A DNA stretch of 64,000 bases from the NCBI RefSeq assembly GCF_009914755.1, contig NC_060936.1. One strand, 5' to 3'. The stretch is from the human T2T-CHM13v2.0 reference genome, Homo sapiens. Position numbers and translations under genes: made by a program. Shown here in pieces: positions 1 through 19,070 of the stretch; positions within the stretch are counted from its first letter, which is position 1; every line of letters begins with the position of its first letter. Under the pieces are notes generated by a model. That model worked only from the letters and a program-made list of their open reading frames with translations, made no database searches and was not told where the DNA came from.

Positions 1-25
1 GTGAAAATTAAATGTTACACCCTTC

Positions 26-285
26 CTTTTTTTTTTTTCCTTTGAGATGGAGTCTTGCACTGTTGCCCAGGCTGAAGTGCTGTGGTGCGATAGCTGTACC
101 TCCCGGGTTCACGCCATTCTCCTGCCTCAGCCTCCCGGGTAGCTGGGACTACAGGCGCCTGCCACCATGCCCAGCTAGTTTTTTGTATTTTTAGTAGAGA
201 CAGGGTTTCACCATGTTAGCCAGGATGGTCTCGATCTCCTGACCTTGTGATCCGCCTGCCTCAGCCTCCCAAAGTGCTGGGATTT
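26..285 (-). mobile_element. AluY-like SINE with internal deletion
   Basis: Poly-T then Alu antisense sequence, with AluY-type gggttcacgccattctc and ttagccaggatggtctcgatc. Confidence 0.85.
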
Positions 286-383
286 TAAAGGCAAGAAATA
301 CATTAGATTCTAACATTATTAATTTAGGTGCCCCTTCAGAGTCTACCATAATGGAGTTTAATTCCTCATCACACTAAATATAG

Positions 384-1370
<987 letters not shown>

Positions 1371-1839
1371 TGATTGACTTTTTTAATACAAGACTATGAG
1401 AAACTAAAAATTCTATTTTGGGAGCCTTCCGTCCATTATGATAAAATTTTAAGGTTTTTTCCCCCCATCTCTCATAACAGGATCATAGCTTGTTTTCTCA
1501 AAAGTTTATGTAAAAGTGTCTTATTTATGTCTACATTGACTAGGTTGTGTTCATTTTACTTAACATATGAGAGTTTTCTTTCTCTCTTTTCTTCCCTTTG
1601 GAGTTATCGTTTGCATCTCCATGAAAAGAGAAGGCAGTGGAGATAATTGACATCAAAGTTAATACTTATGTTTATGTTACAGATTAAATTGTTAAGGCTG
1701 TAAATTTTATTATACATTATTTAATATTTTTTGTGGCATATGAAAAGTAATTCTTAGATTTGACTCTTAGAATTCTTTTGATTTGAATTCATATAGCATA
1801 TTTACTTATTTATTTTTACTCTCACAAATGTATTTTTAG

Positions 1840-1983
1840 GTTCCAATGATTCTTGTTGGTAATAAGTGTGACTTGGAAGATGAAAGAGTTGTAGGGAAGG
1901 AACAAGGTCAAAATCTAGCAAGACAATGGAACAACTGTGCATTCTTAGAATCTTCTGCAAAATCAAAAATAAATGTTAATGAG
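1840..1983 (+). CDS. RAP1B: RAP1B coding exon (about aa 109-156), Ras-family small GTPase Rap1b
   Basis: tttttag|GTT acceptor, GAG|gtatgg donor, 144 nt, phase 0/0. Translates [48 protein letters not shown] with the G4 NKCD and G5 SAK motifs. QWNNC matches Rap1b rather than Rap1a. Confidence 0.97.
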
Positions 1984-2634
1984 GTATGGTCAAATATACT
2001 TAAAATGGGTCTTCATTTGAAGTACAACATTGAAGATGAATGGAAAATGTCTTAACCCCAAGTTAATATGTACTCAGGGTAATATGTTGATGTTACAGGC
2101 AAAAAAAAAAAACCCTCATGTTAAATGTATCTATGTAGTAAATAAACAATACTATTTCAGTCTCTATTAAATACTTGTACATTGATATTTACCATGAAAA
2201 AGGAAGACTGGACAGAAAATACATGGATAGGGAAGACAGATTAAGACTTCAGGTATATGAAGGATGTTATATGAAAAATAGAGTAAAATTCCGAAAAGTA
2301 TGCATGGTTCTTGAAAGGCTCCAAGTCATGTTGTAGAGCAAAAACTTACAGTTTTTAAAAGGATTTTTTCTTTGTGTGATGGTAAATGTTCTAATTGAAC
2401 TAAGTTAAGATCTCTGCAGCTCCTTCAACTAAGTATTTTAAGGAGCACAATATTAACACTCCCCAAAAATTTGAGCTTGGCAGTTATAACACCTGATTTT
2501 ATTCTCATTCCTTAGCTGAACAATTCTGGGCATTAATTTATATCCATGGAAATTTCTGTTTTTTCAATTTACTTTTTTCATTGGGGGGGATAGGTGTTCC
2601 TCCTGTAAATTAAAACAAATTATTGTATTTGCAG

Positions 2635-2721
2635 ATCTTTTATGACCTAGTGCGGCAAATTAACAGAAAAACTCCAGTGCCTGGGAAGGCTCGCAAAAAG
2701 TCATCATGTCAGCTGCTTTAA
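2635..2721 (+). CDS. RAP1B: RAP1B last coding exon (hypervariable region and CAAX box); the exon continues as UTR to 2751
   Basis: ttgcag|ATC acceptor. Translates [31 protein letters not shown] at 2719-2721. Polybasic tail, RKKSS PKA motif and CQLL geranylgeranylation signal. Donor CAG|gtatgt at 2751/2752. Too short for the ORF track. Confidence 0.97.
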   Translation: MFYDLVRQINRKTPVPGKARKKSSCQLL

Positions 2722-2873
2722 TATACTAAATGCATTGTAGCTCTGAGCCAGGTATGTTCACTTATCTTTCCTCTAACTTTTAATCACTCAACCTTATTAA
2801 GGGCACTCTGTCATGAAAGCAAGTATAGACTTCTTTTTGTTGGTTCTGAAAAATAAATGGTTTATTTTTATAA

Positions 2874-3218
<345 letters not shown>

Positions 3219-3240
<22 letters not shown>

Positions 3241-3256
3241 ACCCCGTCCCTAATTT

Positions 3257-3319
<63 letters not shown>

Positions 3320-3452
3320 GCGTGCGCGTGAGCCACCGCTCCCAGCCAACCGTCCCTAATTTAAAACACACACACACACACACACCCCTGACATGTTCAT
3401 CATGTGCCAGTCACACACACACACACACCCCTGACATGTTCATCATGTGCCA
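3219..3452. repeat. Compound (CA)n microsatellite with two local tandem duplications
   Basis: About (CA)26 at 3261-3313, then gtgcgcgcgtgcgcgtg. The unit gtgagccacc(a/g)ctcccagccaac...gtccctaatttaaaa(ca)n occurs twice, and (ca)n-cccctgacatgttcatcatgtgcca occurs twice. Confidence 0.95.
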
Positions 3453-3556
3453 CTTTTTTTTTTTTCCTTCAACTTTTAAGTTCCAGGATACATGTGCAGG
3501 ATGTGCAGGTTTGTTACATAGGTAAAGGTGTACCATGGGGTTTGCTGCACAGATCT
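3453..3556 (-). mobile_element. L1PA-type 3' end fragment
   Basis: Poly-T followed by acatgtgcaggatgtgcaggtttgttacataggtaaa, typical antisense primate L1 3'UTR. Confidence 0.8.
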
Positions 3557-4819
3557 TGCATCGGTACCTGGCACATAGTTAACACTCAACTATTAGCTGC
3601 TGCTGTTTGCCAATGATAATGGTTTCCTCTTCAGCTGTCATTAAACTGTTTATTGTTAAACTGTTAATTTATTCTTAAGAACCTTTGACATTCCTGACTC
3701 TTATTTCTTCCTATGTTAATTGACTCAGTGCTGCCATAGCACTTTGATTCTGCATCTTTTCAGAGTTTTTATTCCTGCCTTCCATCTAGGGCTTTCTGTT
3801 TAGTGGTATATCCTCTCATTCTAATATCCTATAATTCCTGACCACATGCCCATTCTTAGCAGCACACATGTGCTTGAGCTCACACACTTCCATCTGTCCT
3901 TTTTAATTTGCAACAGTCTGCCAGGATTTAGAAAACTTGATTGCAAACCTCATTCAGACTCAGAATGAGGACCTAAAGTTCTAGGCATTTGTGAAAATTA
4001 TTTCAACAGCCACATATGTATTAACAACTCTTCTGGAGCTTGTAACAAGTCTGATCACCAGAAAAATATAATAGGGAACATTTTTTTAGCCGAGGCATGT
4101 ATGCAGAAAACTATTCAAAGTACATATTTAACAATTCTAAGTTTACTTTTTAAAATCTTTAATTACATGTGATTTTAGTGTAATACCACCTTTTTCTGAC
4201 ATCAGTCTTAATAGAATGTTTAAATATGGAATTAGAAATTATATAACGTGATTGTAAATCTGTAAAACACCATCATGAAATAAATTCTATTTGTCTGCTC
4301 TGAACGAGCTTTTTAGCCACTTTCATTGAAAGAGTGAGGAAGAACTTGATTATCTGATACTAGAAACCTTGGTTAGATGTGCATTCTATACTTATGATCT
4401 AATTCTAGGAGTACATTACGATTGTGTAAACACAGGATCACCCAGTTTGTTAATATTGCTATCTGACTTTTCAATCCTAATTCTAATAAGGTTGACTTGA
4501 CTAACAATTTTAATGTGATTTTTTTCCTTTTTAATCCTTGGAAGGTAATGCACAAAAATTTGCACAAAGGTACTTTCCCTTTCTGTTCCTAAGATTTTCA
4601 TTTAACTGACTTTCAAGAGGGCAGCAGAATAGACTTCATCTTTTTGGAATGAAAAGGTCTGCCGTGAATTGTGGTATGTTGCCACTAATGTAATGCCTAG
4701 AACAAGAGCCTAGATTATATTCATTTCTAACACTTTTAAGACTGTTTTCTTAACTGTTTGCTTTTGGGTCTTTACTTTTTCTAGCCCATGTTTTTAATTA
4801 ATTTTTTTCCTTTTGACAG

Positions 4820-6050
4820 GTCTGAAGAACTGTTGCCCAATTCAACAGTGCCAGCATTCCAACTTTGTTAAACCTACCAACATCTTAAATGGACTTTCCT
4901 GTGGTGGTACCCTTTAAGAGGCGGATGAAAGCTACTATATCAGTTTGCACATTCTAATCACTTTCCAGTATCACAAGAGAGATTTTTACTTATATAATAG
5001 TCCTAGAGTTTGCAGCTGGTAAAACCAGAGGCTACATCCAGTATTACTGCTAAGAGACATTCTTCATCCACCAATGTTGTACATGTATGAAAATGGTGTA
5101 CTGTATACTTTAACATGCCCCATACTTTGTATTGGAGAGTACAATAATGTAAATCCTAAAAGCACCACTATTTTAGCATAATAAAAGAAAGTCCAAAGAG
5201 CTCCTATATAGACTACTCCAGATAACTTCGCTTCTTTGATACTTGTAGCTTATTGTAATTTTTTTTAAGAAATTCAAGGTCATTATTATTGTACAAAATA
5301 AGCGCTTTGATTAACACAGCTATATAGTTTTTTTAATTTTTAAAAAACCTGTGGAGACGGTGATCTTGTCTTTAAAACATGATAGTCCTTTCAGTATAAT
5401 GTCTTAGATTAAAGACGTTGCCTTTAATATCTGTTGGGAAGGAAATGTCCAGACTTTTCAAATCTCTTATTATATGTTTCCTTTTTTTGTTTACATAGGG
5501 AACAATGTTTATAGTCGTGTGTACAGTGGGGGTCTACAACAAGAAGTGTATATTTTCAAACAATTTTTTAATGATTTAACAATTTTTGTAAATCATTTTC
5601 AGGCTTCTGCAGCTGTAGATTCTCACTGTGAATCCCTTGCTTGCTCATGCATAAGTGTATTTGCAATACCAAATATACAGGTTTAGTATTTTTGCCTGTT
5701 AGTGATTGTTTCACATGTGTAACGTTTTGGTTGAGATGTTAAATGGTGGACGAGTACTGTGGATGTGAATGTGGGAAGTAATTTTAATCATATGTAATTG
5801 GTCACAAGGCCTAATTTGCAGTAACTATTGCTGTTTTATTTAACAATGCCTTGTTGCTTTGTATGCATTAATGTTTGGATGTAAAGATTGTGTGTCTATC
5901 CAACAGGGAGCCACAGTATTTAAATTGACCAACCTAATGTTACAACTACTTTGAGGTGGCCAAATGTAAACTAAAAGCCTTAATTAAAGTGGTGCAATTT
6001 TGTATAACTTAGCATCAGTAGTTCAATAAATTTGGATTGCCATGCAAGGG
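4820..6050 (+). other. RAP1B: RAP1B non-coding terminal exon / proximal 3'UTR (3' end uncertain, may extend much further)
   Basis: Strong acceptor tttttttccttttgacag|G at 4819/4820. Repeat-free AU-rich sequence with AATAAA at 5180-5185, 6025-6030 and 6112-6117, and many miRNA seed matches. Confidence 0.85.
6025..6030 (+). terminator. RAP1B: Poly(A) signal AATAAA of RAP1B (likely main site; alternatives at 5180 and 6112)
   Basis: AATAAA at the end of the repeat-free UTR block, followed by a GU/U-rich element (tgtgttttgtgtaatgtttt, about 6079-6098). Confidence 0.65.
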
Positions 6051-7068
6051 CTTGCATTATAATTACTTGCCACTTGAATGTGTTTTGTGTAATGTTTTAA
6101 CAGTGCTAGTAAATAAATACGGGTTTACCCTGGTTTTAATTGTAATAGGTGCATTTTACACAGCATGGTTTCATAATTTAACATCTGGGCAAGCCAGACT
6201 CATTAATTACAGGAATAAGGAAGTAGCGAGTTTTCTGGTATTGTTTGAATATCCACATAACCACCTTTTGAACTTTTCCTTGAGAAATAATTTTGTAAAT
6301 CAAGCAGTATTACTTACGAATAAATGCCTTTGGGTAATGTTCAGTAGCTATTTGATGAGGTAGGTAAAAGAGGAACGATTTAACATACTTTCATGGATGT
6401 TACACTATGGATTTTTTAAAATACAGGATTGAAGTTAGAATATTGTGGTTATAAAAATCTTTGAGTGATGTGGATTAAGCACTTAGAGAATCGATATTTT
6501 TCTTAAATATGCTATAATTGAATTCTGTAAGAACTGAATTCTTATAGAATTATTTTAAAACTTTTTAAAAATTGTAAAGCTCTTAAAAAACTTTTTGAAA
6601 GTATTTGCCAGCTACTGGAGCAATTAATCAGTGATAATATCTAATAGAGGGGTATCTGCTAATCCCCTAAATACACGCTGTTTGAATGATACATTTTTAA
6701 AGGCTTTCATGTTAAGAAAAAGTCTGATTCTTTACAAAAGGGACTTGTTTTGGCAGAACTGGTTTTATTTATAATCATTTGGGAAAAAAATTAAGCCCAA
6801 AAAACTGGGACTGTGAAACACTAAAATTACTTCAATTTACTATGTCCTGTTACATCCATTGATACCGCCATTATTCAATAATTACTTTTAATAAATGTTT
6901 GCTGCCTACCAGCTATGTACCAGGCCCAGTTCTAGGCTCAAACAGCTAAATATTCATTCATTGGACAAATTAAGTACTTAAGTATAAAAATTGTTCTAGG
7001 CCTAAGGATGTAGCAGCAACCAAGATCAACTATAAAATGCTGCCCTCCTAGAATTTATATTCTATTGA

Positions 7069-7306
7069 AGAGTTTCTCAGCCTCAGCACTATTGATGTTT
7101 TATGTTTGATAATGTATTCTGGCGACTCTCCTGTGCATTATAGGAATTTTAATATCTGCCCACTAGATGCCAGTCACACCACCCCAGCCCCCAAGTTGTG
7201 GCAACCAAAAATGTTTCCAGACATTGCCAGATGTTCCCCAGTTGGATTGTTGGGGGACAAGGGAGGTGAACTTGGAGGGCAAAATCACCCTGGTGAAGAA
7301 CTACTG
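7069..7306. mobile_element. MER20-like hAT DNA transposon
   Basis: tttctcagcctcagcactattga...cccactagatgccag...ccaaaaatgtttccagacattgccagatgt...gggcaaaatcaccc...gaactactg. Confidence 0.75.
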
Positions 7307-7359
7307 CTCTGGTGGGAAACAACACATTAGTTACAGATGAGTGTTAGGGTTACAAGATG

Positions 7360-7525
7360 GATGGTTTACTATATAGTGAATAAGAATATAAAGTTTGGAG
7401 CCAGACTTCCTGGGTTTTTAATCCCAGCTCTTCCAGTTCCTACTATATGCCTTTGGTTGGGTGCCTTGGTTTCCTCATCTGTAAAATGAGAATGATAATA
7501 CCTACTTCATAGGAGAGTGAAATGA
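7360..7525. mobile_element. MIR SINE
   Basis: Core gtttcctcatctgtaaaatgagaatgataatacctacttcatagg. Confidence 0.7.
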
Positions 7526-7547
7526 ATGCCAGTGCTATCCTCTAGGT

Positions 7548-7548
7548 C

Positions 7549-7581
<33 letters not shown>

Positions 7582-7652
7582 GTACATATATAGAGAGAGT
7601 ATATATATATATGTAGTACAGTGGAGGTCTATATAATACTATATATATAATT
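7548..7652. repeat. (TA)n-rich low-complexity tract
   Basis: Interrupted TA dinucleotide runs. Confidence 0.9.
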
Positions 7653-8336
7653 TATTTTTTTCAATGCTGATAGGAATAAGGCTGTGGTTTGGCAAAAAGC
7701 ACCATTTTCTCCTATACAAAATAGTAACTGCAGTTTGGGAGCACAACTCATGTAGATTGACTTTTCTGGTGCTTAATGGGAAAATACTAAAATAATTGAG
7801 TCAGAAAAGGCATGAATTCCTTTTCACGTCCCCAAGGATACTTGAAGAAACTTGAGTTTTAGGAGAAAATCAGAGTGGTCTTTCACTTACATTTTTCTAA
7901 AAAGTGTAAAAACCCTGTATTGACTTTCTTGTTGATTCAGTTGTTTCTTAAACGTAAATAGCTCATCTTTACCATATGTGGGCATTACAAATAGAAATTT
8001 TTAAAATTCCATTTATAAAATGAAGTTTTGCCGTTTTTTTTTTTAAATCATTCCGTCTTTAGTTGTGGGACAGCAAACTTAGAATCGAAACTCATCACTA
8101 CAACTTTTCTTTGAGTTAAACTCTTATCTGTGTTTTCATTGAATTTAATCTCCATCTATTCTATCTCTTCTTAAATCTTGGAAATGTAAAAGGGAGTTAT
8201 AGTGTTTTACAATTAATACTCTTACTATTACCTTAGAAGCCTTAAAAGTGCTTGCAGGCTTGTCTCATAATCTGTCAGTGAGCCTTAACATTGTGATTTG
8301 TAAGACTAAAATTTTTTTTTCAAACAAAACAAATCT

Positions 8337-8915
<579 letters not shown>

Positions 8916-9901
8916 TGATATTTCAAGAATACATGAGAGAAGAGAGGTAGATTGAGAACAGAACTAAACTTTATATATGTTTCCTTAACTATTGGGAGGA
9001 AAATGGATGAGTCTGTGTTGGGATACCTGTTGAAACAAGACTACTAAACAGATTAATCAACTAATTCCATAGGCTTGACATTAGTTTATCTTTGAAAAGT
9101 AAAAGTAAAGTGCTTATTGCTAAATAGGTCTGTATTCTAAATGCTGCCATTTTTTAAAAAAAGTATTCCATGTTACACACATTTTAAACTTGCTTCTTAA
9201 AACATCCCTGTTGGTGGCCTGTAGGTTACTGACCTTAGGAATTACAGGCTTTATCCAAAATTAGGCATATCTACCTGATTTTTGTATCTGAGAATCAATA
9301 AATGCATTCAGTATTCTCTACCGTGTTTCAGGCGCTGTTTACAATATCGGAGGTACAGCAGGGATTTTCTGCCCACGTGGGGAAAACACACAGCAAATGA
9401 ACAAAGCTCTATTGGTAACAGTCTGTTAAACTTTCTAAGAGCTTTCCAACTTTCTAAGAGAAAATTGTAATGATTTTAGAAAAGTGAGCTGTCATTTTTC
9501 ATATATATAAATTTTTTTATTCATAGGTAATCTAATTTTTCTCATTTCTCCAAAAGGGTACGAAGACAGTTTTTACTATGTTGTTTTACTATGAACCTAG
9601 TTTAACCTGACTTTCCTTACAGACCCACATAAATGAGACAATCCAAATTTAGTATTTGGGTCAAAATGCAGGGTTTTTTCCTGAAAACAAAACAGCACAC
9701 ACATATATTACAGGATTTTTATGTAATAATATATTCACTTCAGTCAGGTTTCAGTTTTTAAATAGGCAGAGATCAAAAGCCTCTAATGTTTTTGTCATCC
9801 GCCATTATTACCCATTCAAATTTCTATTTATGTCTGGTAGTTATGTCCCCTGTGAGCACTAATTTCAGAACAGGAAATTCTATTAACTGTCAAACTCTTT
9901 A

Positions 9902-11689
<1,788 letters not shown>

Positions 11690-11892
11690 AAGTTGTCTTT
11701 CAAATATATGCCTTTGCAGTATTTCTCTACTTCCCCAGTAATGTAAACTTTATTTTCTCTCAATTTTCGTAAGTGGTATTTTGGTGCTTTACCCAAAATA
11801 TTAGGGAGAAAATTCTTCTTTTTAATTGGATTCTCGTATGTTGATCTATTTCTATTGTTTTCTAAAAAAAAGTTAGTGTCCTAGTTTAAAAG

Positions 11893-12283
11893 TATATATT
11901 AGTTTCCTAGGGCTGCTGTAACAAATTATCACAAATTTGGTGGCTTAAAGCAACAGAAATGTACTCTTTCACAGTTCTGAAGGTCGAAGTCCAAAATCAA
12001 AGTGTTAGGATGTACTCCTAGAGGCTCTCGGAGAGAACCTGTTCCCATGGCATTATGCCACATCACATGTGCCTCTATCTTTGTATCTCCTCCTCTCTAT
12101 AATCTTTCTTTTAAAAGGACAATTGTTTTGACATTTAGGGCTTACCCACATACTTCAGGATAATCTCATCTCAAAATGCTTAATCACATCTGCAAAGACA
12201 CTTTTTTCAAATAAAGTTAACAGACAGAAGTTTGGGGGTTGGGATGTGGACATGCCTTTGGGAGCCATTAACAACCTACCAAA
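11893..12283 (-). mobile_element. MLT1-type (ERVL-MaLR) solo LTR
   Basis: tattagtttcctagggctgctgtaacaaatta...ggtggcttaaagcaacagaaat...cacagttctg...taatcacatctgcaaagac, the antisense MLT1 LTR signature. Confidence 0.8.
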
Positions 12284-14559
12284 ACATTTTAACAATTTTT
12301 CAGTACCAAAGACTAGTATGGGTCTGCTCCAAGATAACTCAAAACATTCTGAACTGAATCAGCAGACCCTCAGGTCTCCCTAGAGAGATCCTGAGCACCT
12401 AGGAAAGCCCCAGAATTAAGCTACTCTACAAGGATTCTGAGGGAAGTCTGGGATTAGGTGAGACTTTAATGAGTCCATCAGAGGTTTAGTATGGACTAGT
12501 TCTACAGTTCCAGAAGCAACATACTGGGTATGGAATATTGTTAACCATTGTCATCCCACAGAATTACCTTCTACTTGTGTCAGTATATATCCTGCCTACC
12601 CTACATATTTTATATTTATCAATGATGACAGAAACTTCCCCCCTTTTACTTAGATCTAATAGTAATATAACAAACTTTTCTTTTTCATTTTCAGACATAT
12701 CCAGAGGGTTTTCTCTTCATCTCACGCATCCCACCTTTAATCAGACATATGTGATTCATATGAGAGAAAATTAGTGTTTCTGAGACCAAATGGTGGTGTT
12801 TATAAGATTTTGCTTCTGCACTGAATTCAATGTTTTATTTACTGCTTGGTTATTTTGTTTTTGTTTTTTAAGAAATGGGAGGAGTGTAATATCTAGAGGT
12901 ACATGAAAAAAAGAAATGGAAGGAATGGACAGGCCCAGAATTAAATGATAAAAACTCATCTGGTTGGAATGAAGTACACTGAACATTTGAGGAAGTTAGA
13001 GATTAATTCAACCCAGTGGGTTTTGGGGTTTTTATATGTGTTAGTACATTCAGCGTTAGGGTTGGGTTTCTTGTCTCTGTAATCACTTCTCAAAAATGAA
13101 TTTGGGCTTCTCCAGATAGCCTTTTTATCCATTTATTATTTCAAGTAATGGTATAAGGAAATTGTAACCATTTGTGTGCTTTACATGTTTAAGATACAAA
13201 CTTACAGTTCCCAGAAGTCAATTCAGTCATTCTCTATAAGAGCTGTTGTGGAAAAAGTTCTCACTTCACTTACTCATTCCTTTGCATTTTCCAACTTTAG
13301 TAAAGCATGACTTCATGCCTTGGATCATACAGGATTTCAACGGGAGATTTATAAGTCTATTTTGTTAGAATAAAAAGCAATAATACTTCCTGAAATACAT
13401 CTTGGGCTCTTTGCAGAAGCTGAACTATCTGGTAATTACTATTTAGCAAACAGCTAACAGCTAGCTCTTAATTTTTCAGAAATAAGAGGACATCATTGGC
13501 CACTATCATACCACTAATTTTATTCCACCAATGCTTTCACAGAGGATGTCACCAAAGAAAGAAGTGGCATCCACTACCCCTCCCCCATCCTTCCACTCTG
13601 AACCAGTACAGGATATTCTCATGGTCAGGGCATTCTCTCCTTGGCAGGATGTAGTTAATGACATATGCAGAATTAATGACTTGGTTGCCCTAGGCCCCCC
13701 GTCAAGGCTTTTGTTCAAGGGAGAGTAAAGAGGATAGGTCTCAGTATGTCATCCAAACAGGATGGATACAGAATGCCAACCAGGTTAGCCCTGGCAAGTT
13801 AAGACATTTTACAGTGCCACTACCTACCTCCATACTGTATCAGAGGAGCCAGTTGCACAGTGTTGATCTCCCTAAGACTATTATAATAAGGAAGGGGTTT
13901 TTTTCTTAGCCCAGTTACTACTAAAACTCACTCAGAGGAGCAAGTGAAATTTGTCACAATTGGCTCGACTGCTTTATCTCACTTTGAAAAAGAAAAGTTA
14001 CAAATTCTAGTAAGCAAAAGATTTTTTGTGACCAGGTCTCCCTGACCTGCACAAAATAAACTCTTCATGAGTTAAACCAAAACAGATTTAATGTCTAAAC
14101 TTAAATCTAGTTTGACATTAACTTCTTTTCCAAAGAGAAATAACGTTAACAATCTGAAATCATCCCTGCACAGACTTTCTTGGCTCTTCTTTTCTGCCGT
14201 CCTATGAATCACAAATAGAAGTTTAAGAAAGCTGTCAGGTAGGCGCCTCAAATTCATTTAAAATGAGGAATGATGAAAGAATAAGAAAAACCAGCAAATG
14301 ATAGCTTACTTATTCAGTTATTTGGCTTGATACTGCTTGAAAGTGACATTTCTAGATTAAAGATCTGATAAGCTCTGATAGTTGGGAAATAATACTAGTT
14401 ATTTCTTGGACACCCTAAGATGTGCCACCATTGCTCTAAGCACTTTACATGTGTTGTTCAACCCTCAGCAATGCTATGAAATAGGGGCTGAGTCTCCTAA
14501 TAGAGCTAATGAATGCATTATATCAAAAGAATGAAATGTTAAATATAGACACTGGAAAA

Positions 14560-17520
<2,961 letters not shown>

Positions 17521-18045
17521 TAAAAATAATTGTCATTATACTTAAACCTTATATTTAAACAAGAAAATAATTCAAAAAACCAAAGCAGTTTAACTTTCTT
17601 TCATTACCTGAAATTCAGCCTTTTTACACAGCTAGAGAACTTCAGTTGATCTTGTGAAGGACAAAGAAGCAGAAAGACTTCTCTAGGATGTTGGGTTTCC
17701 TAAAAGTTAAACTCAATCATTTAAAGTTGCAAATAGGTAGGCAGGATGGATTCTGAAGCACAGATTTCCCAAATGCCCTTTTTGCAGCAGATTCAGCTTC
17801 TAAACAAGTTTCAAGGGCAATGTTCATGATAGACGCAACTTTTTCTTAACATTATATTGCATTGTCAATATGTATTCCATCATTTTATGCTTTTCAATGC
17901 ACTTCCATTTATAAAAGCCGCATAGTTTGCTCTTATATGCCAATATGTTTGTAGCTCAAAATATACTTGAAATATTTTAAGTCCGTTTGTGCTCTTGATT
18001 TATGAACTAAATATACTACATTTTCCATTGTTAAAATAACACCTT

Positions 18046-19070
<1,025 letters not shown>

